In this document: piece by piece, positions 28,784 through 43,700 of the stretch
How the letters are laid out: every line of letters begins with the position of its first letter
How positions within the stretch are numbered: position 1 is the stretch's first letter
Source of the DNA: Octopus vulgaris
Lineage: Eukaryota
Length of the DNA: 64,000 nt
Direction of reading: 5' to 3'
Assembly: GCA_951406725.2 (NCBI GenBank)
Contig: OX597838.1
Span: 24,366,001 to 24,430,000 of the forward strand
The notes under the pieces: model-generated
The model's database searches: none
What the model was told of the DNA's origin: nothing
The model's input: only the letters and a program-made list of their open reading frames with translations
Made by a program: the position numbers and the translations under genes

Positions 28784-31700
28784 GTGCCAATTATTGTTGG
28801 GTCCTCCAGTCCCAATTATCGTTGTGTCCTTGGGGACAGTATCAGAAGGCATCAAGGGGAATATAAAGGAGATTGGAATAGAGTGCCCGGGGGAACTGTT
28901 ACAAAAGGTTTGCCTCCTTGGTTGAAAAAAACAAATAGCATGGTACCGTAGGCTATGCATGCAAAACTCCAGGAGTTCCAACAAAACTTGAGTTAAAAAA
29001 AGTAAAAATAAAGATAATAGGAGACAAAAATATATTATAAAAGAATAATATTTCTGATTTCTTACTTTGTGGCTCATCAAAGGGAATATTCTTCTTTTTT
29101 CTTGGACGAATCAATTGCCAGTTTGGAATTACATGAGGGGGACTCTGTGGCTCCAGAGGTTGCGTACGACTCTGTGAGATCCAGACAGGATGTGGATGGA
29201 AATATGACAATCCTATCTGGCGAAGTTTTTCACTTGCTGTAGCCTACAAAAGATGAATCTATATAATAATCTGCTAGTTTGTGAGTAAGAGGTGGAGTAA
29301 AAATGAGAGAGAGAGAGAGAGAGAGGGGAGTGGGGGAGAAATGTGAGTAGAAAAGAAAGAAGAGAAGAGTTTAATAATACACTAAGGCGAAATGCATCAC
29401 GTGGTTAGTTGAGAGAGGGGGTGATGAGTGACAGAAAAAGATGGTGAGAGGAAAGAGGGAGAGAGAAGTGTTAATGATGTGCTGTAGGGTAGGGAGAGAA
29501 CGGTGAAGAGAAAGAAGGAAATGTTAAAGACATGAAGAGAGGAATGACATGGTTAAAAAGTTTGTTGAAGAGGTAGAGAGAAAGAGAGAAATGTAAAGTG
29601 CTTAGCTGGGGGAAATTTTAAAATCAGATAATATATTATTGTGACTGGACAGACAGACAAACAGATTGCGAAAGTCTACTCAAAAGTATGCTAGCAAGAG
29701 ATGCTTGCTTCATTTTTTTTACAGTTTTAGATGGACGAACAGACAGACAGGCAGACAGATAAATAGACAGACAGACAGGCGGCGAGCTGGCAGAATCGTT
29801 ACCACGCCAGGCGAAATGCATAGCCGTATTTCGTCTGCCGTTACGTTCTGAGTTCAAATTCTGCCGAGATTGACTTTGTCTTTCATCCTTTCGGGGTCGA
29901 TTAAATAAGTACCAGTTACGCACTGGGGTCGATATACACGACTTAATCCGTTTGTCTGTCCTTGTTTGTCCTTTCTATATTTAGCCCCTTGTGGGCAATA
30001 AAGAAATATAGACAGATAGACAGACAGAAAAATAGAGACTTTATTTATATGTAAGTATTCAAATATATACATATAAACGACACAAAAAAACGTCATATTT
30101 AAAAAGAAAGAAAAGAAAAAGAACAATAAAGAAAAAAATGCTTGTAACCTTACCATTTCCGCAAATGAAGAAGCTTTTAAAGGTGCTGGTGGTGTCCAAT
30201 GCGTAGCAAATATCATTAATCCGCTGTTTTCATTATTTTTCACATCAATCTGATTGAATCTTTCTCCTGGAAAATGATGGGAAATTCCAAGAATAGGTCG
30301 TCTTCTAGAGTTTATTCATATAAAAAAGCTATAGAATGCCAAAACTAAAATACCTGGTGGTAGTTAGTTTCATCCTTGTAGATTTGTCATTATTGACACC
30401 GTCATTGTCATCAACATTGTCGTCGTTATCATTTAATGTCCATTTTTTCATGCTTGCATGAAATTGGACGAAATTTCTTGAGGTACCTTTTTTTCCATCT
30501 TTTACGGCTGGATGCTCTTCCTGTCACCCACTCTCACCTGTTTCCAAGTAAAGCAGTATTTTCCCTTGGCTGAACATGTCTTCCACAAAAGACTAAAAGC
30601 GAAGGACACCATTTGCATGGTGGTGGCACTTGCTTACAGCTATCATGTGGCACTTGCTTACAGCTATCATGGGAAGGAGACCATAATGTGGGATGATGTC
30701 AGCAGCTGGGGAGCTGATCAGAAGAGGAAGGGTACAGAGGTGATGTGCGCACAGGCAGGGGACAATCGGGCCTTTTCGATTGGGATAGCTGACAGTGCTG
30801 GATGTGTGAGCATTTCGATAAGGTGAGGGACAGCAGCTGCTATTTTTAGCATTTGGGTCGGGCCACATGGAAGGGTGCATTACCACTGGAGAGGTTTGCG
30901 TCAACAAAGAGAAGGTAGGTATCTTACTTCTAATCTCCCACATACACCACACATAACTCAAACACATGCAAACATGCACACATACGTACATATATATATA
31001 TATTTGTCTTAGGAAGGGCATCCAGCCATAAAAACCATACCAGAACAGACCTCAATGATGATGGTGTCACATAAAAAGCAGTCAGTCCACTCTGTAAGGT
31101 GGCTGGCTTTAGGAAGGGCATCCAGCCATAAAATCCCTGCCAAAACCGACAGTGAAGTCTGGTGAAGTTTTGGTAAATGGAAACTGAAAGAAGCCCATTG
31201 TATATATGTATGTGTGTGTGTGTGTGTTTGTGTGTCTGTGTTTGTCCCCTGCAACATTGCTTGACAACCAATGCTGGTGTGTTTATGTCCCTCATAACTT
31301 AGCGGTTCGGCAAAAAAGGGACCGATAGAATAAGTACTAGGCTTACAAAGAATAAGTCCTGGGGTTGATTTGCTCGACTAAAGGTGGTGCTCCAGCATGG
31401 CCACAGTCAAATGACTGAAACAAGTAAAAGAGTAAAAGAGTATAAAAGAGTAAAAAACAGAAATAAAAAAATTTGGCTTGGGTTACCTACTTGAAAGTTC
31501 TCTCTCAACGGCGTCCCTTTTATCTTTGCCTTTTTCCTTGTCTTTGTCTTTATCTTTGTCCCTGCCTGTTCAAAAAAGGAATCGAAATTCCACAAGAGAA
31601 AACCTTTATCAAAGTGTTTCAAATGACTTGCTAAATACAATTAAAATTTTCCAGGCTTATGAATTTTCATTAGACTATAAGACTATTAACTTCACTAATT

Positions 31701-34700
31701 TTACCCTTACAACATATTTATTTCTTTATTGCCCTCAGGGGGCTAAACATAGAGGGGGCAAACAAGGACAGACAAAAGGATTAAGTCGATTACATTGACT
31801 CCAGTGCGTAACTGGTACTTATTTAATTGACCCCGAAAGGATGAAAGGAAAGGTCAACCTTGGTGGAATTTGAACTCAGAGCGTAACGGCAGATGAAATA
31901 CTGCTAAGCATTTCACCTAACGTGCTAACGATTCTGCCAGCTTGCCGCTGTAACAACATATTGGCAGAGTGAAGGAATCCTTGAAGGTCACTGGTCAGGA
32001 TCACCAAGCTCTATTAAGAGAGTAACTGTGATGCATCCATAGGAGTGGTGCCCATCGTTGTGAAATCAGCTGATAAAAGATTCATTATGACTCCAGCTTC
32101 CAATTCAAATTCATAACAATAGAATTGGATGATGACAAAGAATCATGGGAACCTGTGAAAGCAGCATGGTGGATTGTGAAGAGGTAGCTGAGACCCCCTT
32201 CGGTCATGACTGACCCTGGGATTGCACCTAGAAAGTTACTCTCCCAGGCACAAGTCTGGGTAAGGTTGTTTATGGAAGACCAGCAGTCGCCCATGCATAC
32301 TGGCCTCCCCTCTCTATGCCACCAGTTTTATCCGAGGGAAAGGCAAAATTTTGTTTTAAGTTGTTTGGAATTAGTACAATGCTTCTAGGTTGAGTTGTCA
32401 AAAAAAAAATGTCTTGTACTAATTTTTCTGGTTCTTTATGTTCTAAGCTCAAATCCTACAGAGGTTAATTTTGCTTTCATTCACTTGCGATCAATTAAAT
32501 AAAGTAAGTGCTGGTCAAGAACTGCAGTCAATACAATCAACTAACCCAATCTCTCGTCGAAATTACTGGCCTTGTTTGTATCTAAATCAAAAATTATCAT
32601 AAAGATCTAACATTACCACTACACACATTTTTGTCTTTCAACCCTTTCGTTACCAACCTGACTGAAACTGAATCTGGCTCTGTAGTACAAATGTCTTGTT
32701 TTCATAAGTTTTGAATTAAAATCTTCCACCAAACCTTATTCATAATTTATGTTCCTAACACTAGCTGAATGATAACTAAGTTATTTTACTAAATTCTTTG
32801 TTATATTTAAATTGATTGAAAGAAACACAGAGCATCTCAACAGAAATATAGTAAGAAAAGGGTTAACGTCACCATGATATTTTCAACCCTTTCATTACCA
32901 ACCCGGCTGAAACCGGCTCTGGCTATGAGTACAAATGTCTTGTTTTCATAAGTTTTGAATTAAAATCTTCCACAATTTATGTTCCTAACACTAGCTGAAT
33001 GATGACTAAATTATTTTACTAAATTCTTTGTTATATTTAAAATTAATGGAAAGAAACACAGAGCATCTCAAAATAAATACAGTAACGAAAGGATAAATCA
33101 AATTTAGGGCTAAAATTTTCAAATAAATTTCTTTCACCTCTCCTGGAAGTCGCAGTTCTTGTTGGTTCGTGTTTATCTCCATGCTCCCTTTCTGACTTCT
33201 CGGACTTTTCGACCTTTTCAGTTTTAGGAGTACTTTCCTTCTGAAAGGCAAAACAAAAGTTAATCAAAGAACAGATATGGCTTGGCTGGTGTGCTTAAGA
33301 AATTTGCTTCTCAAATATTTGGGGAAATATGAGTGTGTGGGGGCAAGGTGAGAGAGAAAAAAAATGACTCAGACATGATAGATCAGGAAGTAGGGGATGA
33401 TGAGCAAGGCATAGGAGTGGGAGGGAGGGAGATGTAGAAGTAAATAAGGGTGACTACAGAACGTGGGGCTGTTGAGTGTTGAGAATGATAGCAGATATGA
33501 GACATGTTAAGATGGAGTATGGCAGAGGAGAGGAGATAACTGGGGGGCACAGAGAAAAGGTATAGGTAGGGATGGAGAAAGGAGTGGCTCCAGGGGTTGA
33601 GGGAGGTGACTGGAAATGCAAAGAAACAGGGAAAATAATATGTGCTGATGCTGCTTTCGAGTGATTCCAGTAGTCAAGATAGAGGGGTGATGGGTGCTGT
33701 GGTAATGCTTGATTAGGCTGAAAGGCTGGAGAAGTAGGGCCCTGCATGTACAAGCATACCCGAGGTGGTTTTACAACATCAGTTTTTTCTGTGATGGACA
33801 GATCTTCTCAAGAGCAAGGAATCACTGATTATCTCAATCCTTTTTTATTTCCTCAATAAGGCTCAATATCTTGAGATCAGCCTCCACTACTTTATCCTAT
33901 GTCTTCCTGAGTCTCTCTCTTGTGCAAGTTCCATCCATTTTATGTTATCAGCACTTTTTTTATGCAGTGTCCCTCATCAATATGCATCACATAACCTTAC
34001 AGGTTCTCTCTTGCACACTACATGTGATGCCTCTTATGCCCGTTTTTTTCTCACAATACATTAGCACTTTGTCATACATGAACACTGGTTTAGGACGAAT
34101 GTTGCTGTAATTTAACCCCAGGAGACATCATCTCCAGTTGGCTATACAACACAGTCTGTGTCCTTATATTTTCGAACAAGGGACACAGATCATGTCGTAT
34201 AGCCAACTGGAGATGATGTCTCCTGGGGCTAAATTACAGCAACATTAGTCCTAAACCAGGACTGCCATGTTATGTTGGCAAACAATCTTTACTACAAAGG
34301 ACTGTTGCTGAATATCTCATATTGTGAGATTTAAAAATAGTAATTTTCAAATGAACACTGGATGTTGCACATCTAACGGAGCCTTCCAACTTCATTCCTC
34401 TCTTGACCTTGCATGTCCAATGCATTCAAGGTCCATGTCTCACTACCATGGACAATTGTTGTTCATATGCAGGTATCATACAATCTGCCCTTCACTCTGG
34501 GAGAGAGGCCTTTTGTTATCAACACAGGTAATAGCCCTTTCGACTTTCTTTGTCCCATTCTTATTCTAACAACTGTACCTTCAGAACACCCTCCTATGCT
34601 GCTAGGTAACAAACTATCTAATACCTTTTGGGAATTCAAGAAAATTAATTTTCCATCTACCTTTAGTGTTTGTGGCTCCTGTGCATGTTGCATACAAACA

Positions 34701-34714
34701 CTACTTTCTATATA

Positions 34715-34771
<57 letters not shown>

Positions 34772-37700
34772 GTATATATATATGTATGTGTGTGTGTGTG
34801 TGTGTGTGTCTGTGTTTGTCCCCCTAGCATTGCTTGACAACTGATGTTAGTGTGTTTACGTCCCCGTCACTTAGCGGTTCAGCAAAAGAGACCGATAGAA
34901 TAAGTACTGGGCTTACAAAGAATAAGTCCCGGGGTCGATTTGCTCGACTAAAGGCGGTGCTCCAGCATGGCCGCAGTCAAATGACTGAAACAAGTAAAAA
35001 AGTAAAAGAGATATATATATATATATATAAGCACAGGAGGAGGAAGAGGAGGAGGAGGGGAGATGAGGAGGAAGATGAGGAGGAGAAGGAGGAAGAAGGA
35101 AGAAGAAGAAGAAGAAGAAGAAGGAAAGAAAGAAAGAAAGAAAGGAAAGCTCACTGATTTGCTTGGTTGAACAATGAGTGACTCTACAGCATCGATAGCG
35201 ATTGCGTCAACAACTGGTTCTTCCTTTACAGTCACCGCATCCTCTGGCTTCCATTCCGGCAGCACTTTGGTCAGCAACTGCCAGGTCTTCTCTGTGTTTT
35301 TGTGGCTGTGATAAAACAACAACAACAACATCAGCAAGAAATTTTCTTGGACTACAGATTTGATGGCCTATGTATAACTCCCCATACATCATTGTCACTG
35401 TCACCACCACCACCACCACCACCACCACCACCATCATCATCATCTTCTTCTTCTTCTTCTTCTCCTCCTCCTCCTCCCCCTTCTTCTTCTTCTTCCAATC
35501 AGGACTCATGCCATTAGCCACAAAGAATAATCTCTAATTCGAGCCTACTCTAAGCTACTAAGAGTGCGTGTGTGGCAACTTGAAGATCCACCCACCACAC
35601 GCGATAGACTGGCAGTTGCACGGGCGCGAAAGCTACGTTGTTATCCTCAGTCCATAAAAGGTGGTTTTTTTAACGAGTGGAGAGCTGAACCATCCTGGAG
35701 TACAGAGGATTCGCAATCTAGACTAGGGTCTGAAAGTTTACCACACCATAGTGGGGTACACCATGGTTCCTCTGCTTTGTGGCAGAAGTAGGAAGAATGA
35801 GTGAGAGAAAGTTGTGGTGAAAGAGTACAGCGGGGGTTCACATCAGCCCCACCCCTGCCGGAGCCTTGTGAAGCTTAGGTGTTTTTGCACAATAAATACT
35901 CACAATGCCCGGTCTGGGAATCGAAGCCACGTTCTTACGACTGCGAGTCCACTGCCCTAACCACTGGGCCATTGTGCCTCCACATCGTCATCATTGCCAC
36001 CACTGCCACTATCATGGTCATCATCATCATCATCAATATCATGATCATTGTCGTCAGTTTAACATCCACTTTTCAATGCTCACATGGGCTAAATGGAATT
36101 AATTTCGGCACATTGGATTCTGAATGTCTGAATGTTCTTCCAGTCACTAACTCTCACCTGTTTCCAAGTAAGGTAACGCTTCCCTGTGACCACACATATT
36201 TTCACGGAAGATTGGAAAAGAAGGACACTGCTTGTATGAAGGTGGCACTCGTTTACAACAATCACACAATGTCAAAGCAAAGAGACCGTAACAACACACA
36301 CACACACACACACACAATGGGTTTCTTTTAGTTTCTGACTACCAAATCCACTCACAAGGGCTTTGGTCAGTTTAAAGCAGTGGTTCTCAATCAGGAATTT
36401 CGAAAGAAGTATCCATAAACTAGTTTTTAAACAGCAAATGGCTATAGGGGTCTGCCAGAATGAAACCGTAATCAAAGGAGTTCATAAATAAAAAGAAAAA
36501 ATGGTTGAGAACCACAAGCTGTGGCTGAAGATGCTTGGCCAAAGAGTCACACAGTGAAGTTGAACCTGAAACCCTATGGTCAGCAAACAAACTTCTTACC
36601 ACACAGCCATGCCTGCTTCTATACACTCTCTCGCCACTTCATCACCACTAACTATGCCACCACGGGGCCACTTAGTATTGGCCTTTATCATTCTCTTATT
36701 ACTATTTATTCACCAACATTTTGTCTTTCTCCACTTTACTTTTAAAACCCATCACTCACCCTTAAAACTTTCAAATGCCTCATCCCCTTCAAATATCCCT
36801 AATCACTCAGCTTCTTATCTCTTTACTGCCCACAAGGGGCTAAACACAGATAGGACAAACAAGGATAGACAAACGGATTAAGTAGATAATATCGACCCCA
36901 GTGCGTAACTGGTACTTATTTAATTGACCCTGAAAGGATGAAAGGCAAAGTCAACCTCGGTGGAACGTAGCGGCAGACGAAATACCTATTTCTTTACTAC
37001 CCACAAGGGGCTAAACACAGAGAGGACAAACAAGGAGAGACAAACGGATTAAGTCGATTATATCGACCCCAGTGCGTAACTGGTGCTTTATTTATCAACC
37101 CCGAAAGGATGAAAGGCAAAGTCGACCTTGGCGGAATTTGAACTCAGAACTTAACAGTAGACGAAATACATATTTCTTTACTACCCACAAGGGGCTAAAC
37201 TCAGAGAGGACAAACAAGGACAGACAAATGGATTAAGTCGATTAAATCGACCCCAGTGTGTAACTGGTACTTTATTTATTGACCCTGAAAGGATGAAAGG
37301 CAAAGTCGACCTCGGCGGAATTTGAACTCAGAACGTAACAGCAGACGAAATACCGCTGAGCATTTCGCCCGGCGTGCTAACATTTCTGCCAGCTCGCCGC
37401 CTAATCACTCAGCTTCTACCATCATGTTCTCACTCCATCCCCTCTCTCTCTTTCTTTCTTTCTCTCTTTCTCTCTCTCTCTCTCAACCCTCCTGGTTCTT
37501 TTGCTGTCATCATTCTCTCTGTTACTACTCTTCACTGTCATTATCACTGCCGTTGTTGTTGTTGTTGTCGTCATCCTCATTACAGCCAACACCATATAAT
37601 TAGAAAATATGTACAATTAACCCTTTAGCATTTGGCTTCCCCTGTCAAGCATAAACCCTATTTATTCATTGTTTTGAATTAGTCACACATTACCTCGTAG

Positions 37701-40700
37701 CTTTGCGATCTTTGATGATGTGATTACTTTTAGGGTATGTGTGAGAGGCTGGATCTGGCCAGTTTGAACATAAAAACAGGTAGAAATAACTTGGCTGGGT
37801 AGGGCCCGGTTTAAATGTTAAAGGGTTAAACTATCAAATTTTGGACATGAAAAGGATATTGAAAATTACAATGCAACACAAAGGCAAACTCACGTGATTT
37901 GAACTACCTCAGGGAGCCAACCGGTCAGAGTGTGCAAAACATTGAATTCCCCAATCTCATTGCTTCCACAGTTCAGAGTGTAGCTGTTCAACAGAGAGAA
38001 AAGGAAAAGACTGACACATTGTTGCGATTAAACATCATCATCATCATCATCATCATTTAATGTCCGCTTTCCATGCTAGCATGGGTTGGACGATTTGACT
38101 GAGGACTGGCAAACCAGATGGCTGTACCAGGCCCCAATCTGATTTGGCATGGTTTCTACGCCTGGATGCCCTTCCTAATGCCAACCACTCCGAGAGTGTA
38201 GTGGGTGCTTTTATGTGCCATCGGCATGAATCTGCTCCAAGCTTTATTTGCACAACATCACACCCTAAGTTTAAAAACAACTCAGATGACACTTTCTTCC
38301 ATGATCTCAAACATTGTATTCCAGATCACGATGACGAGTTGATCCTAGGTGCCATGCAGTGGGATTGAACTCAAATCTATGTAGTTGGGAAGCAATCTTC
38401 TTAACCACACAGCCAATTTTAAAAAATAAATAAATATATATAAATAACATTTAAAACTACAAAAGAAAAGTAAAAACAAATACTATCTTACTTTAGGCTG
38501 GCAACTTTGAGCAGTGCCTTTGTAAGTAACATGGGCCATAATTCATGTGGTTGCGTTGTCGTAGGTAGGAGTAACTTGTCTTTGCCAAATGGCAAAGTGT
38601 CATCAACGATCAGCTTTCTCCAGCAGCCCTGAAACAAATAATTATAATAATTACTGTATTTACTCTTACTCATGGATAAGTCACACTCCTAATTTAGCAT
38701 CAAATCTTGGTGCAGCTTAATATGTTCCTAAAAAGGTCGTTTCTAATATCTAAAACGGGTCCACCATTAACAAGTGAACCTCAGTATATAATCAGGAGAC
38801 TGAGTAGATCCAGCTTAATTTGACAGAGCCAAATATGTAATGCTTTAAAAAATGCGCCCCTTATCATTGACGGCAGTGGCGGCGTCCTTTAATATCTGTT
38901 TTTCATGCTGGCATCGGTTGGACGGTATGACTAGTGCTTAAGGCGGTGAGCTGGCAGAAACGTTAGCAGGCCTGGCGAAATGCTGAGCGGTATTTCGCCT
39001 GCCGCTACATTCTGAGTTCAAATTCCGTTGAGGTCAACTTTGCCTTTCATCCTTTCGGGGTCGATAAATTAAGTACCAGTTACGCACTGGGGTCGATGTA
39101 ATCGACTTAATACCTATGTCTGTCCTTGTTTGTCTCCTCTATGTTTGGCCCCTTGTGGGTAATAAAGAAATAGGTATGACTAGTGCTGGCAAGCTGAAGA
39201 GCTGCACTAGGTTCCAGTCTGATTCAGCTTGATTTCTATAATGCAACACCCTCCTTAATGCCAGCCATTTACAGTGTGTGTTCTGGGTGCTTTTAGCGCA
39301 CCACTGGCACAAGCACTTTTACGCGACACCAGTACAAGTGCTAGTTATGTAACAACAGCATGGGTGCTTTTTTCGTGGCCCCAGCACAGCACTCTTACAG
39401 GTCAATCCTCTTCACCAGGAGAAGATGCGGCCTTAACACTTCTGCCGTGGGGGACGGGGTCTTCTTGAGTACAACAAGGCAGCAGGTATCTCACTCCTTC
39501 ATCATAATCTTATTCATTATGCAACAATAAGCTCAACCAAAAGTTTGGAGTTAAATCCCCCCACTGAAGGTGATATTTAAATAAACAGCAGGTCACCAAA
39601 GAGTTACTACCTAGGTGGACCCAGCTCCCTTAGAGGAGGTGGAGGAGGAGGAAGAGGAGAGGAAGAGGAGAAGGAGGGGAGGATGTGGGAGGGGAGGAGG
39701 ATGGAAGAGGAGGAGGGGAGGAGGAGGATGGAAGGAGGAGGTGGAGGAAGAGGGGGAGGAGGGGAAGAGGGGGAGGGGAGGGGTGGAGGGGAGGGGAGGC
39801 GGGGAGGAGGATGGAAGGAGGGGGAGGAAGGAGGGGGAGGGGGGGGGAGGGGAGGAGGAGGATAATCTTGATTAAATAAAGCAGTGATATGATGGTTGCA
39901 TCTCGTTATTTTTTGGGAGTGTGATTTAGATTATGATAAACAATATCTGCCAAGACAGGCAATAAAAAGGTTGCCCAGGGTTGTGAAAGAAATAAACTTA
40001 CCATGAAATATAAACGAACGATGTATTTGCCATGAGGATTGTATTGGGGCATGTGTGGCCCTTTGCCTGACTTGCACAATGCATACAGGTGTTCCCAGGG
40101 TCTCCAGCTGTGGCTGTAGCTAATAAAGGGTGTGTTGGGATCAGAAACAGCAAACAAGTGTGGCACAGGTAGGAAACTGAACTCCCACAATGCAATGATC
40201 TGGCCTATTATATTCCGCATGACCTAAAATGGAAAGGACGCACATTATTAGAATGTGTGTGTGTGTGTGCGTGTGTGTGTGTACGCACGTGCGGGTGCAT
40301 GTGTATGTGTATGTGCATCTTAGCATATGTGTGCATCTGTGCACACGTGTGTATGTGTGCATGTGTATGTGCACATGCATGTGTGTTGTGTGTGTGACAT
40401 GCGTGTGTGTGTGTGTACGCACGTGCAGGTGCATGTGTATGTGCATATTAGCATATGTGTGTGCATTTGTGCACATATGTATATGTGTGCATATGTATGT
40501 GTGCATATGTATGTGTGCATGTGTATGTGTGCATGTATGTGTATGTGCGCATGCATGTGTTGTTGTTGTGTGTGTACACACATGTGGGTGCATGTGTATG
40601 TGTATGTGCATCTGTGCACGTGTGTGTTTGTGTTTATATGTATGTCTGCATGCATGTGTATGTGTGCATGCATGTGTATGTGTGCATGCATGTGTGTGTT

Positions 40701-43700
40701 GTTGTTGTTGTGTGTGTGCATGTGTGTGTGTGCGTGTGTGTACGCACATGTGGGTGTGTGTGTATGTGCATGTACATCTTTGCATGTGTGTTTGCGTTTG
40801 TGCACGTGTGTGTATGTGTGCATATGTATGCATGCATGTATGTGTATGTGCACACATATGTGTGTTGTTGTGTGTGTGCATGTGTGTACGCACATGTGGA
40901 TGCATGTGTATGAGTATGTGCATCTTTACACGTGTGTTTGCGTCTGTGCATGTGTGTGTATGTGTGCATGTATGTGTAGGTGCACACATGTGTGTGTTGT
41001 TGTTGTTGTGTGTGTGTGTGTGCACAAAAAAAGGAGGGAGAGATACAAGACGTATAACAGAGAGGATAATTAGATGTTCTTAGAGGAGAATTTTTACGGA
41101 GCAAATCGGTGGTTTGTGCTGAATTCCAGTCAGACCAAAGTTGATATTGTGGCAGAGCAAGAAAGTAGACTGAGCCATGAAAGTGAAGAGGCAGGCTTGT
41201 AAGGTCCAGAAGAACAGAGGAGCAAAGAATTCTAACAGGTGGCTAGAAGAGAAGCTCCTATTTAGAAATAGGAGAAGCAGAAAAGAAGACATGAGGAAAA
41301 AGCGGCGAGCTGGCAGAAACGTTAGCACGCCGGGCGAAATGCTTAGCAGTATTTCGTCTGCCATTACGTTCTGAGTTCAAATTCTGCCAAGGTCGACTTT
41401 GCCTTTCATCCTTTTGGGGTCGATAAATTAAGTACCAGTTACGCACTGGGGTCGATGTAATCGACTTAATACCTGTGTCTGTCCTTGTTTGTCCCCTCTG
41501 TGTTTAGCCCCTTGTGGGTAATAAAGAAATAGGTATAAGTGTTCTGGAGGTGGGGCGGGGGCTGGTGTCAGGTGTACTGTTGGCAAATTTCAGGATGCAT
41601 GGAGATTTTGAAGGATGTAGTATCCCAACAGCTTATTCTATGCTTCAGCAGCTCTGAGCATGCAAACCTCTGTACTTGGCATTCATAAACTTGGAGAAAG
41701 CTTTTTACAGAGAGCTTTGCTTCCTCATCAGGCAATTGCTGAAGACGGTGACTGGCTAGTGAGAGCCATTCAAGCCACGTACAGGATGCTGTTAGTAAGG
41801 TGAGAGTGAACGGTGAATACAGCAATAAATTTATGTGCAGGTAGGAATTCACCAGGGTTTGGGTATTGGTGCCCTTCTGTTTATCATAGTCCTCCAGGCC
41901 GTAACAGAAGGATTTAAGACCCATCTATGCTGATGCCCTTGTTTTTATAAGTGAAATAGTAGTAGAATTAGAAATGAAATCCCAAGCATGGAAGCAAAAT
42001 CTGGAATCAAAGGGTCTTAAATGTAACTTAACAAAGACCAAAGTGTTGGCTAATAATTAAACGGGCAGGAGCGCTAATCCCTTCAGGTAAATGGCACTGT
42101 TTAATATGTAGGTGTTGGTAGAAATTCCATATGGTGTACTCAGTGCAAACTATAGACACATAAGAGACAAACAGACAGAGAGAAACAGACAGGCAGGTAG
42201 ACAAACAAGCAGATAGATTACCTCACTTTCATGAAGATGTTCATTGTTTGTGACCAGATCAAACGTGTTTAACGAGTTATTTTCAACAATCACAGGTATC
42301 TACGAAGAAACAAATAATGAGAAAAGAAAAGAAAAAAAAAGTACAAACAATCAACGAAAAATGGAGAAAAAGATGGGTTTACCATTATTGTTTTCATTTG
42401 TGAAAACATCTTATAATCATCATCATCGTCGTTTAACATCCACTTTCCATGCTAGCATGGGTTGGATGATTTGACTGAGGTCTGGCGAACCAGACTCCAA
42501 TCTGATCTGGCAGAGTTTCTACAGCTGGATGCCCTTCCTAAATCCAACCACTCCGAGAGTGTAGTGGGTGCTTTTACGTGCCACTGGCACAAGGGCCAGT
42601 TTGGTGGTACTGGCAACGGCCACGCTCAAATGCTTTTTATGTGCCACCTGCACAGGAGCCAGTCCAGCAGCACTGGCAACGACCTCGTTCAAATGCTTTT
42701 TTATGTGCCACCAGCAGAAGTGCTAGTAAGGCGACGCAGGTAACGATCATGGTCAAATGGTGTGTTTGTGCGATCGGCACAAAGGCCAGCTCTGGCAATG
42801 ATCTCACTCGTATGGTACTCTTAGCGCTAATCATGTTTTATATTTGTGATTTTTGTAATATTCTCCTCCTTGCTACTATTGAGGTTACAAATAAAATATC
42901 TACTCTTTTACTTGTTTCAGTCATTTGACTGCGGCCATGCTGGAGCACCACCTTTAGTCAAGCAACTCGACCCCGGGACTTATTCTTTGTAAGCCCAGTA
43001 CTTATTCTATCGGTCGCTTTTGCCGAACTGCTAAGTGACGGGGACATAAACACACCAGCATCGGTTGTCAAGCAATGCTAGGGGGACAAACACAGACACA
43101 AAAACATACACGCACATATATATATATATATATATACATATACACGACGGGCTTCTTTCAGTTTCCGTCTACCAAATCCACTCACAAGGCTTTGGTCGGT
43201 CCGAGGCTATAGCAGAAGACACTTGTCCAAGGTGCCACACAGTGGGACTGAACCCGGAACCATGTGGTTGGTAAGCAGGCTACTTACCACACAGCCACTC
43301 CTGCACCTATCTAAATAATTTTTGGTGTTTAACAATCAATATTTTTTTTCTCTGTTGGATTCCAAGTCAATTTTTCCCCACACTAATGTCTAATTTGATC
43401 ATTTTTCAAGTTTCATAAAAATGATGCCTAAAACGATGTCTAAAATTTTGCCCATCATGCTAATGATTCCACCAGCTCGCTGCCTTAACCCTTTCGTTAC
43501 CATATTTATTTTGAGATGCTCTGTGTTTCTTTCAATTATTTTAAATATAACAGAGAATTCAGTAAAATAACTTAGTTATCATTAAGCTAGTGTTAGGAAC
43601 ATAAATTGTGACTAAGGTTTGGTGGAAGATTTTAATTCAAAATTTATGAAAACACGACATTTGTACTACAGAATCAGAGCCGGTTTCAGCCGGGTTGGTA

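Noticed and set aside
40141-41104. Long Cys/Val- or His/Thr-rich ORFs (up to 294 aa)
   Set aside because: Translations of a TG/CA satellite, open in several frames on both strands
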